This document shows, one piece after another, positions 53,557 through 64,000 of a stretch of DNA of 64,000 nucleotides (position 1 is its first letter; every line of letters starts with the position of its first letter). This DNA comes from Acidobacteriota bacterium. GTDB lineage: Bacteria > Actinomycetota > AC-67. The notes under the pieces were generated by a model, which was not told the origin of the DNA, did no database searches, and saw only the letters and a list, made by a program, of their open reading frames with translations. The position numbers and the translations under genes are program-made. The stretch is from NCBI GenBank assembly GCA_016208485.1, contig JACQXY010000052.1:13601-77600 (forward strand). Reading direction: 5' to 3'.

Positions 53557-56403
53557 TCAGACGGCGGGCTCGAACGGGAGCGTGCCGAGGACCTCGCGGA
53601 GGAAGCTTCCCGTGTAGGAACCGGGCGCCGCGGCGATCGCCTCGGGGGGGCCCTCCGCGACGATCTGGCCCCCTCCCTCTCCGCCCTCTGGGCCGAGGTC
53701 GATGATCCAGTCGGCGGTCTTGATCACGTCGAGGTTGTGCTCGATCACCACGACCGTGTTCCCCTGGTCGACGAGCCGCCCGAGCACACCGAGCAGCTTG
53801 GCGATGTCGTCGAAGTGAAGCCCGGTCGTCGGCTCGTCCAGGATGTAGAGGGTCCGGCCGGTGGCGCGCTTCGACAGCTCCGAGGCGAGCTTCACGCGCT
53901 GCGCCTCGCCCCCGGAGAGCGTCGGGGCCGGCTGCCCCAGCCGGACGTACCCGAGCCCCACGTCCGAGAGAGTCTGCAAGTGCCGTCGGACGGCGGGGAT
54001 CGCTTCGAAGTGCGCCAGGCCCTCCTCGACCGACATCTCGAGCACCTGGGAGATGTTTCTCCCCTTGAACGTGACCTCGAGCGTCTCCCGGTTGTAGCGC
54101 TTCCCCTTGCACGCCTCGCACGGTACGTAGACGTCCGGAAGGAAGTGCATCTCGATCTTGATCTGCCCGTCCCCGGCGCAGGCCTCGCAGCGCCCCCCCT
54201 TCACGTTGAACGAGAACCGCCCGGGCAGGTACCCGCGCACTCGCGCGTCCTGCGTCTGGCTGTACAGCGCGCGCACATGATCGAAGACGCCGATGTAGGT
54301 GGCCGGGTTGGAGCGCGGCGTCCGTCCGATCGGCGCCTGATCGACGTTCACCACCTTGTCCACGTGCTGCACCCCGGCCAGCCCCCGGTGCCGGCCGGCC
54401 ACCGTCCTCGATCCGTGGAGGCGGGCCATCAGCGCCGGGTAGAGCGTGTCGGTCAGGAGCGACGACTTCCCGCTCCCGCTCACTCCGGTGATGCAGACGA
54501 GACATCCGAGCGGCACTCGAACATCGACGTTCTTGAGGTTGTTCTGCCGCGCGCCTCGCACGACGAGCGCGGACTCTCCCGGGGGGCGCCGGGAGGCCGG
54601 GACCGCGATCGCCTTCCGCCCGCCGAGGTAGGCGCCGGTGATCGACCGCTCCTCACGCAGGAGCCCTTCGAAGGTCCCCGAGTAGACGATCTCCCCTCCG
54701 TGCTCTCCCGCCCCGGGCCCGATGTCCACCAGATGGTCGGCCGTTCGGATGGTGGCCTCGTCGTGCTCGACCACGATGAGCGTGTTCCCGAGGTCGCGCA
54801 GGCGAAGGAGGGTCTCGATCAGCCGGTGGTTATCGCGCTGATGGAGACCGACCGAGGGTTCGTCCAGCACGTAGAGGACGCCGACGAGCGCGCTCCCGAT
54901 CTGGGTCGCAAGGCGGATGCGTTGCGCCTCCCCCCCGGCGAGCGTCGCGGCGCTCCGCTCGAGGGTCAGGTAATCGAGCCCGACGTCGATCAGGAAGCGG
55001 AGCCGGGACCGGACTTCCTTGAGGATCCGGTCGGCGATCCGGTGCTCTCGCTCGGAAAGGTCGAGGCCGGAGAGGAACGCGTCGGCGCCCGCGACCGAGC
55101 GCCGGCACAGCTCGGAGATGTCGAACCCCCCGACGGTGACGGCCAGCGACTCCGGCTTCAGGCGGGAGCCCGTGCATGCCGGACACGGCACCTCCCGCAT
55201 GTACTGCTCGAACCGCGCGCGGGCGTGGTCGGTCTCCGCCTCGCCGAGCTTGCGCTCGAGCCAGGGGATCACCCCCTCGAACGCGGCGCGGTACGCACGC
55301 TGCCGGCCATACCGGTTCCGGTACCGGACGTGGATCTCCTCCTCCCCCGCGCCCCGCAGGAAGGTCTGCCGCGTGGCGCGGTCCAGATCCCGCCAGGAGG
55401 AGGAGAGCGAGGCCCCGAGGTGCCCGGCCACCGCCTCGACCAGGCGCGCGAAGTACTCGGTCCGTCCGCCGGCCCAGGGGTGAAGCGCCCCATCGGCAAG
55501 CGACTTGTCGGGGTCTGGAACGACGAGATCCGGGTCCACCTCGAGGTGGATCCCCAGGCCGTCGCACCTCGGGCACGCGCCGTAGGGAGAGTTGAACGAG
55601 AAGTTGCGAGGCTGCAGCTCGGCGAACGACAGGCCGCACCGGTGGCACGCGAGGTGCTGCGAGTAGGTCTGGATGTCGCCGCCGTCGACCAGCTCGACCG
55701 CCACGAGCCCCTCGGCCAGTCCGAGCGCGGTCTCGATCGAGTCGGCGAGGCGGTGCTCGATCCCCGCCTTCATGACCAGCCGGTCCACGACGACCTCGAT
55801 GGAGTGGCGGTAGTACCGGTCCAGGCGGATCTTCTCCGACAGCTCCCGCACCTGTCCGTCGACCTTCGCGCGCGCGAATCCCTTCCGGGCGAGGTCCTCC
55901 AGGAGCCGCTCGTACTCCCCCTTGCGGGACCGGACGACCGGGGCAAGGATCTGGAACCGGGTCCCGTCGGGAAGCGCCCGGACCTGGTCCACGATCTGGT
56001 CGGGGGTCTGGCGCGCGATCGGCCGTCCGCACCCCGGGCAGTGCGGCTTACCCGCGCGCGCATACAGGAGCCGGAGGTAGTCGTAGATCTCGGTGATCGT
56101 CCCCACCGTCGACCGGGGATTGTGCCCGGCGGTCTTCTGGTCGATCGAGATCGCCGGGGACAGCCCCTCGATGAAGTCGACGTCGGGCTTCTCCATCTGG
56201 CCGAGGAACTGGCGCGCGTAGGACGACAAGGACTCCACGTAGCGCCGCTGGCCTTCCGCGTAGATCGTGTCGAAGGCGAGACTCGACTTGCCGCTCCCGC
56301 TGATCCCGGTGAAGACGATCAGAGCATCCCGAGGCAGCTCGAGGTGCACGTTCTTGAGGTTGTGCTCTCGAGCTCCGTGGACGACGATCCGGTCGGCAGA
56401 CAT
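53557..56403 (-). CDS. uvrA: Excinuclease ABC subunit A
   Basis: 948 aa. [50 protein letters not shown], two ABC modules and the zinc-finger Cys clusters are present. Confidence 0.97.
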   Translation of the reverse strand: MSADRIVVHGAREHNLKNVHLELPRDALIVFTGISGSGKSSLAFDTIYAEGQRRYVESLSSYARQFLGQMEKPDVDFIEGLSPAISIDQKTAGHNPRSTVGTITEIYDYLRLLYARAGKPHCPGCGRPIARQTPDQIVDQVRALPDGTRFQILAPVVRSRKGEYERLLEDLARKGFARAKVDGQVRELSEKIRLDRYYRHSIEVVVDRLVMKAGIEHRLADSIETALGLAEGLVAVELVDGGDIQTYSQHLACHRCGLSFAELQPRNFSFNSPYGACPRCDGLGIHLEVDPDLVVPDPDKSLADGALHPWAGGRTEYFARLVEAVAGHLGASLSSSWRDLDRATRQTFLRGAGEEEIHVRYRNRYGRQRAYRAAFEGVIPWLERKLGEAETDHARARFEQYMREVPCPACTGSRLKPESLAVTVGGFDISELCRRSVAGADAFLSGLDLSEREHRIADRILKEVRSRLRFLIDVGLDYLTLERSAATLAGGEAQRIRLATQIGSALVGVLYVLDEPSVGLHQRDNHRLIETLLRLRDLGNTLIVVEHDEATIRTADHLVDIGPGAGEHGGEIVYSGTFEGLLREERSITGAYLGGRKAIAVPASRRPPGESALVVRGARQNNLKNVDVRVPLGCLVCITGVSGSGKSSLLTDTLYPALMARLHGSRTVAGRHRGLAGVQHVDKVVNVDQAPIGRTPRSNPATYIGVFDHVRALYSQTQDARVRGYLPGRFSFNVKGGRCEACAGDGQIKIEMHFLPDVYVPCEACKGKRYNRETLEVTFKGRNISQVLEMSVEEGLAHFEAIPAVRRHLQTLSDVGLGYVRLGQPAPTLSGGEAQRVKLASELSKRATGRTLYILDEPTTGLHFDDIAKLLGVLGRLVDQGNTVVVIEHNLDVIKTADWIIDLGPEGGEGGGQIVAEGPPEAIAAAPGSYTGSFLREVLGTLPFEPAV

Positions 56404-56424
56404 GTTCCCCCGAGGTCCGGCGTC

Positions 56425-56742
56425 CTACTCGGGGGCGACCTTGACGACCCCGCCCTCAACCAGGGTGTCGTAGGTCATCACGGGCTCCTCGGCCGGGCCC
56501 TTCAGGCACTCCCCCGTCCGCACTTCGAACACCGACCCGTGCAGAGGGCACTCGATCGAATACTCGGCGACGACATCCCCGTCGCCGAGAGGGCCGCCGG
56601 CGTGCGGGCACTCCCCCGCGAGCGCGTGGAACTCCCCTCCCGCGTTGACCAGCGCCAGCTCGATCCCATCCGCGTCAACCACCGCAGCCGTCCCCGGGGG
56701 GATCTCCTCAACCTTCGCGACCTCGACCCAGTCGAGCATCAT
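56425..56742 (-). CDS. Rieske [2Fe-2S] ferredoxin-like protein
   Basis: 105 aa with CPH (GECPHAGGPL) and CPLH (IECPLHGSVF), the Rieske cluster ligands. Confidence 0.85.
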   Translation of the reverse strand: MMLDWVEVAKVEEIPPGTAAVVDADGIELALVNAGGEFHALAGECPHAGGPLGDGDVVAEYSIECPLHGSVFEVRTGECLKGPAEEPVMTYDTLVEGGVVKVAPE

Positions 56743-56793
56743 CTCCTCCTGTGTCCTCCCCGACGAACCGATGATACGTCCGTGTCCCCGAGG

Positions 56794-57411
56794 TCATCCC
56801 TCCAGCAGCCGCCGCTTCCGGGCCTCGAACTCCTCGGCGTTGAGCACTCCCCTGTCCCGCAGCCCGGCCAGCTTCTCCAGCTCGTTGGCGACCGGAGCGC
56901 CGCCGCGCGCGATCCCCTTGCGGGCCTCCGCCGCGCGGTAGATGCGGAGCTGCACTCCTTCGGGGCGGCGGATGTCGGTGAACCGCTCCTGACCCGACTC
57001 CCCCGCCGACTCGATCACCAGGTCCCCGGCACCGATGATGCGCTCGAACACCGACTGGTGGAACGTCACGTCGTTGATCGTCTCGAGCGGGACCTCCTTG
57101 CCGTGCTTCGCGAGGACCCCGCCGCGCGACACGAGCCGTTCGCTTGTGACCACGAACATGGTGAAGCGCCACCGGAGCGCCGGAACCCCGGCCAGCGGGA
57201 TCCACGCGACGAGCGCCGCCGCCGCGGCCGCGATCCGAAGCGGACCGCGCGCCGACCCGGCCGGGGCGTAGGCGACGGCGAGACCAGCGCCCGCTCCGAG
57301 GACGGCCGTCCAGAACGCCGGGCGCGCAAGCGCGATCCAGTGGGGCCGAAGGTCGAGGATCACTTCCTCGTCCTCGGTCAGAAGGCGACGCGGAAACGAC
57401 ATCGGCGCCAT
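56794..57411 (-). CDS. Membrane bPH (YdbS/DUF304-like) protein with a C-terminal SHOCT motif
   Basis: LLTEDEEVILDLRPHW is followed by two TM helices and then FVVTSERLVSRGGVLAKHGKEVPLETINDVTFHQSVFERIIGAGDLVIES. The C-terminus, ELEKLAGLRDRGVLNAEEFEARKRRLL, is SHOCT-like. Confidence 0.75.
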   Translation of the reverse strand: MAPMSFPRRLLTEDEEVILDLRPHWIALARPAFWTAVLGAGAGLAVAYAPAGSARGPLRIAAAAAALVAWIPLAGVPALRWRFTMFVVTSERLVSRGGVLAKHGKEVPLETINDVTFHQSVFERIIGAGDLVIESAGESGQERFTDIRRPEGVQLRIYRAAEARKGIARGGAPVANELEKLAGLRDRGVLNAEEFEARKRRLLEG

Positions 57412-57509
57412 CCTACGGCCTCACCGCGGGGCGCGGGAAGCGGGGGCGCTGCGTTAGGCTGCCGGGGCCGCCGCCACGGCGGATGCGCCACCCAGCGAGG
57501 AGGAACGAG

Positions 57510-60173
<2,664 letters not shown>

Positions 60174-60267
60174 CCGCGCTCAAGGTCTCCCTCCCGCGCC
60201 CCGAGGAACAAAGGGGGCATGGGGCCGGGTCCGGCCGTCGTGCTTCCCGTCGCGCCCTGGAGGCTCG

Positions 60268-60906
60268 GTGGCGAACACGAATGCACGGCCCGGCGCCCGC
60301 GCCGGAGACCGCCTGGGCGAGGCTCTTGCCTCGCTGCTCGCGCACGACCTCCGAGTGCCGCTGGGGCCGCTGACCCTGGCGGCCTCGCTGATCTCGGGCG
60401 ACCCCGCGACCCGCTCCGACCTTCGGGATCTCGCGCGTGTGATCGAGGCGCAGGCCCGGCGCCTCGGGAGGCTGATCGACGCCTCGGTCGCCGCTTCCAG
60501 AGGAGCTCGCGCCCCCGAGGCGGTGCCGACCGATCTCGGAGAGCTGGCCGAGGAGGCCGCCGGCATCCTGCGCGACCTCGGGGGGCAGTGCGTCGTGAGA
60601 CGGGTCCGGGCTCCCGTCCTCGCCGACCCGACGGCCGTTCGGGACGCGCTCGCCGGGCTGATCGAGGCTGTGGCCGGGGAGGGAGGTGGGGCGTCGGTGG
60701 TCATCCGCGCCGACGCCACATCCGTATCGGCCTACGTCGCCGGCGGGGACGCTCCCGCGTGCCTTCGCGCGCTCGCCGGCTCGCGCCCGACCGACGCCCG
60801 CTCCGCGCTCGCCCTCGGCGCGGCGGCGGTCTTTCGCGCCCACGCCGGCGGGGTGGAGGTCGACGAGGACGGGGCCGTGGCACGACTCCCGAGGGCCGAC
60901 TCGTGA
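60268..60906 (+). CDS. Histidine-kinase-like protein with an H-box but a degenerate ATP-binding domain
   Basis: The GTG at 60268 is in frame with ORF 60055..60906 and lies after the acn stop. The H-box reads LASLLAHDLRVPLGPL. The C-terminal region lacks recognisable N, G1 and G2 boxes. Confidence 0.55.
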   Translation: MANTNARPGARAGDRLGEALASLLAHDLRVPLGPLTLAASLISGDPATRSDLRDLARVIEAQARRLGRLIDASVAASRGARAPEAVPTDLGELAEEAAGILRDLGGQCVVRRVRAPVLADPTAVRDALAGLIEAVAGEGGGASVVIRADATSVSAYVAGGDAPACLRALAGSRPTDARSALALGAAAVFRAHAGGVEVDEDGAVARLPRADS

Positions 60907-61649
60907 CCGCGCTCCGGCGCGCTGCCCACGGCCCCGGCGCGATCGTTGCCGGCCTGTGTGTGACACTCTGGGCCGCGACCACGTTCGCCCTCGGCACACC
61001 CGTCGCGGCCAGGATCGACCTCACGTCCCGCCGCGGGCCGAGCTACGCCAAGGACTCGATCGCCTTCCGCCCTCTCCAGCTCGCCTTGCTCGCGGACTTG
61101 CTCGGCGAGACCGCGGGGCTCCTCACGCCGGGCGCGAGCGCCCTCCCTCCGGCGGGCGGGACTCGCCACGAAGAGAGGCCGGAGCAGCCCCCGCCCCCCG
61201 ACCGCCCGGTGCTCGTGCTCGACATGACCTCGGACAAGAAGACGGTGAGCCGGGGCGACGAGGTCACCTACACGATCCGGGTGTCGAACGTCGGGAGGGT
61301 GGCCGCCGACCGGGTCGTGCTGACGAGCCACATCCCGCAGTGGACGGTCCTCGTCTCCGGCACCGCATGCCACGGGGAGGTGGCCCGGGTCGATCCCTCT
61401 CCGTCACCCGGACGAGACGCCCTCTGCCTGAACGTCGACCGGATTGTCGCGCCCGACGCGCCTACCCCGCAGGACGAGCACGCGGTCTACCGCACGGTGC
61501 CGCCCGGCGGATGGGAGGATCTCGCGTTCACCGTGCGGGTCGACCGCTCGGCCCCTCGCGGGACCGTCATCCGCAACCGCGCCCACGCGAGTGCCGACAA
61601 CCACCCCACCACGGTGTACTCGAACGAGGTCGAGGTGACCGTCCGGTGA
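60903..61649 (+). CDS. DUF11 (conserved repeat domain) protein with an N-terminal TM/signal segment
   Basis: The GTG overlaps the upstream stop as GTGA. DKKTVSRGDEVTYTIRVSNVGRVAADRVVLTSHIPQWT...NRAHASADN is the DUF11 pattern. Confidence 0.7.
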   Translation: MTALRRAAHGPGAIVAGLCVTLWAATTFALGTPVAARIDLTSRRGPSYAKDSIAFRPLQLALLADLLGETAGLLTPGASALPPAGGTRHEERPEQPPPPDRPVLVLDMTSDKKTVSRGDEVTYTIRVSNVGRVAADRVVLTSHIPQWTVLVSGTACHGEVARVDPSPSPGRDALCLNVDRIVAPDAPTPQDEHAVYRTVPPGGWEDLAFTVRVDRSAPRGTVIRNRAHASADNHPTTVYSNEVEVTVR

Positions 61650-63517
61650 CCGCGCCCCGCACCGCGCGCGGCCTCCTCGGGCGGCGCTACGCCGATCTGC
61701 CGGTCCGGGCCAAGCTTCTCGTGCCGTTCGCGGTCCTCATGGTCGTCTGGGGAGGCTTCGGGACCTACGTTCTCGCACGCGGGACCGCCGGGGAAGCCCG
61801 CGGCCGCGCCACCGCGCGTCTCGCCGAGGCGCTCGACGGCGCGCGCGCCGAGTTCGCCGACGACGAGACCTCCCTCCTCGAGACGGTCCGCCTCGCCGCG
61901 CGAACCGAGGGCATCGCCGCGGCGATCTCGGCGGCCGACGTCCGGATGTTGCGGCGCTACCTCCTCCCGGTGGCCGTGAACGCCGGGCACGACGAACTGT
62001 GGGCCGTCGACCGCGCGGGACGCGTCCTCCTGCGGATCGATCAGTTCTCCGGCAGGCCGGCCGTCGGCTCCTCGGGCTCGCTGTCCCTGCCGGGGGTCCT
62101 GATGGCCGCTCGCGGGGACACCGACGCGAGAGGGGACAAGCACGTCGCCCTCACCGACCGATCCTTCCTCGTCGCCGGGCCGGTGCGCGACGCGAAGGAT
62201 CGCGCGGTCGGCGCGATCGCCGTCGGTGAGCGGCTCTCGAAGCTCCTCCCGAAGATGGGCCGCGGGACCCGGGCCAGGGTGGTGCTCTTCTCAACGGCCG
62301 GGAGGATGCTCGCCTCGAGCGACGGCGGGACCCTTCCCCACGACGATCCTTCGTCCGGCCTGCGCGCGAGCGTCCGGGGCGACGACGGTCCGCGCGAGGC
62401 TCTCTACGCGTCCCTGGAGGCCCGGGGAGAGACGATCGGGCACCTCTCGGTCGCACTCCCGGCCTCGGTCGCGCTCGCCGGAGTGCGGGGAACCGCAACT
62501 ACTCTCGCGGCTCTCGTCGGCTTCGCGGTCCTTGCGGCGGTGGGAATCGGCCTGCTCACCTCACGCGCGATCACCCGCCCGCTCTCCTCTCTGCTGCGAG
62601 CGACGCGCGCCCTGGAGCAGGGCGACCTCGGAGCCCGCGCTCATCTTCGGTCGGCGGACGAGGTCGGCACCCTCTCCGCCGCCTTCGACCGGATGGCCGG
62701 CCAGCTCCAGGCCTCCCACGCCGACCTCGAGAGGAAAGTCGCCGAGCGAACCGCCGAGCTGGAGCGCGTGAACCACGAGCTGGCCCGGGCGAGCGAGGCG
62801 AAGTCGGCGTTCCTCGCGTCGATGTCCCACGAGTTGCGGACCCCGCTGCACGCGATCATCGGTTTCGGGGACATGCTGAGCGACCCCACCTTCGGCCGCC
62901 ACGACACCCGCACGACCCGGGACCTCGCGAGCAACATCGTCACGAGCGGGCGTCACCTGCTCGCGCTGATCAACGATGCCCTCGACCTCGCGAAGGTCGA
63001 GGCCGGGAAGATCGAGATCGACGCCCGGCCACTCGACCTCACGGCGCTCCTCTCGGAGTTCGAGTCCACCATGCGGCCGCTCGCCGATCAGAAGCGCATC
63101 TCCCTGCGCATGGCGCCCTCCCACTCGCCCCCGGCGGTCCTCGCCGACCCGGCCAGGCTGCGACAGGTCCTGTTCAACCTGCTGGCGAACGCGATCAAGT
63201 TCACCCCCGAGGGAGGAACGGTCGCGCTCGGGGCCGAACGCTCCGGCGCGTGGGTGACGGTCTCGGTTTCCGATACCGGGCCCGGTCTGGCGAAGGGTGA
63301 GGCAGACCGGATCTTCGAGCCCTACGAGCGCGGGCGCGCCGGGCGCGGATCCGAGGGCGTCGGCCTCGGGCTCGCGCTCGCCCGGCGGCTGGTCGAGCTG
63401 CAGGGAGGTCGCATCTGGGCGCGCCGCCGCCCCGGGGCCGGGAGCACGTTCTCCTTCACCATCCCCGTCGCCGCGGAGAGTTCCTCGGCGGCTCCGCGCG
63501 CACGGGTGGCAGGGTGA
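61646..63517 (+). CDS. Sensor histidine kinase (extracytoplasmic sensor domain, HAMP, HisKA, HATPase_c)
   Basis: The GTG overlaps the upstream stop as GTGA. It has two TM segments flanking a ~270-aa domain. The HAMP region reads ITRPLSSLLRATRALEQGDLGARA, the H-box reads FLASMSHELRTPLHAIIG, the N-box reads LFNLLANAIKFT, and the G boxes read DTGPGL and GVGLGLAL. Confidence 0.92.
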   Translation: MTAPRTARGLLGRRYADLPVRAKLLVPFAVLMVVWGGFGTYVLARGTAGEARGRATARLAEALDGARAEFADDETSLLETVRLAARTEGIAAAISAADVRMLRRYLLPVAVNAGHDELWAVDRAGRVLLRIDQFSGRPAVGSSGSLSLPGVLMAARGDTDARGDKHVALTDRSFLVAGPVRDAKDRAVGAIAVGERLSKLLPKMGRGTRARVVLFSTAGRMLASSDGGTLPHDDPSSGLRASVRGDDGPREALYASLEARGETIGHLSVALPASVALAGVRGTATTLAALVGFAVLAAVGIGLLTSRAITRPLSSLLRATRALEQGDLGARAHLRSADEVGTLSAAFDRMAGQLQASHADLERKVAERTAELERVNHELARASEAKSAFLASMSHELRTPLHAIIGFGDMLSDPTFGRHDTRTTRDLASNIVTSGRHLLALINDALDLAKVEAGKIEIDARPLDLTALLSEFESTMRPLADQKRISLRMAPSHSPPAVLADPARLRQVLFNLLANAIKFTPEGGTVALGAERSGAWVTVSVSDTGPGLAKGEADRIFEPYERGRAGRGSEGVGLGLALARRLVELQGGRIWARRRPGAGSTFSFTIPVAAESSSAAPRARVAG

Positions 63518-63921
63518 GCACGATCCTGGTGGTCGAGAACGATCCGATGTCGCGCGAGCTGTGCCGCCGGGTCCTTGCCACCGGCGGCCACGATATCGTC
63601 TGCGCCCGGAGCGCCGAAGAGGCCCTGCGTCTGGTCGGCCGCGCCCGACCGGATCTCGTGCTGATGGACATCCGTCTCCCGGGGATGGACGGGATCGAGG
63701 CGGCCCGGCGGCTGCGGACGCGGCGCTTCTCGCCCCCCGTCGCCGTGCTCTCTGCCCAGGCGTTCTCGACCGACGCCCAGAGGGCGCGCGAGGCCGGGTG
63801 CGTCGACTTCCTCATCAAGCCCCTCGGGGCACGGGAGCTGCTCGAACGGGTCGAAGGGCTCCTCGCGCGTCACCCCGGCCCCCCGCGATCGTTGAACCGG
63901 CGAGGAGGCAAAAAGCCATGA
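63514..63921 (+). CDS. Single-domain response regulator (receiver only)
   Basis: ILVVENDPMSRE...PDLVLMDIRLPGMDG...LSAQAF...DFLIKP contains the acidic pocket, the phospho-acceptor Asp and the conserved Lys. The GTG overlaps the kinase stop as GTGA. Confidence 0.92.
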   Translation: MSTILVVENDPMSRELCRRVLATGGHDIVCARSAEEALRLVGRARPDLVLMDIRLPGMDGIEAARRLRTRRFSPPVAVLSAQAFSTDAQRAREAGCVDFLIKPLGARELLERVEGLLARHPGPPRSLNRRGGKKP

Positions 63922-64000
63922 ACCGTCACGCTCTCCGGCTCCGCTTGGTCGTCGCACTCGGGGCGCTGCTCGCCGCGCTCCTCGGCTCCGGGACCGCCGG
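63918..64000 (+). CDS. Start of a secreted or membrane protein (partial, runs off the window end)
   Basis: The ATG overlaps the response-regulator stop as ATGA. MNRHALRLRLVVALGALLAALLGSGTA looks like a signal peptide. Only 27 codons are visible. Confidence 0.4.
   Translation, partial: MNRHALRLRLVVALGALLAALLGSGTA

Overview
This is a very GC-rich, gene-dense 64-kb segment, mostly coded on the minus strand. Its gene content looks like an Actinomycetota-type chromosome; that is an inference from the Pup-proteasome genes, PafBC, WhiA and an RsdA-like anti-sigma factor. All calls come from reading the supplied ORF translations, my own translation of other frames, and remembered family signatures. 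No searches were run. I support about 70 protein genes, one tRNA-Leu(GAG), no rRNA and no CRISPR. Core blocks: (1) 0-17 kb carries tatC/tatA, pafC/pafB, pafA, lgt, an unrecognised HExxH gene coupled to prcA, prcA-prcB-pup-dop-arc, trmI, a ThiS-like::TtuA-like fusion and an M50 protease. (2) 18-22 kb carries an ECF sigma, anti-sigma, metzincin and two small secreted proteins. (3) 22-24.6 kb is a pdaD-speD-speE-speB polyamine operon. (4) 28-43 kb carries three family-5 solute-binding genes, secG, a peptide-type ABC operon with a broken binding-protein gene, and apgM-tpiA-pgk-gap. (5) 47-60 kb carries whiA-yvcK-rapZ-uvrC, TetR, uvrA and aconitase. (6) 60-64 kb is a translationally coupled signalling cluster. 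Two accessory islets interrupt the core. One (26.37-28.01 kb) abuts tRNA-Leu, is bounded by an exact 13-bp direct repeat, and holds two toxin-antitoxin modules. The other (43.46-47.12 kb) lies between gap and whiA and holds two more toxin-antitoxin modules, a DruA-like fragment, and an intact GHKL-ATPase + DUF4325 gene pair. Three of the four toxins are inactivated while every antitoxin is intact. The best candidates for undescribed biology are the ATPase/DUF4325 pair, the ThiS::TtuA fusion coupled to trmI inside the Pup-proteasome neighbourhood, and the HExxH gene coupled to prcA.
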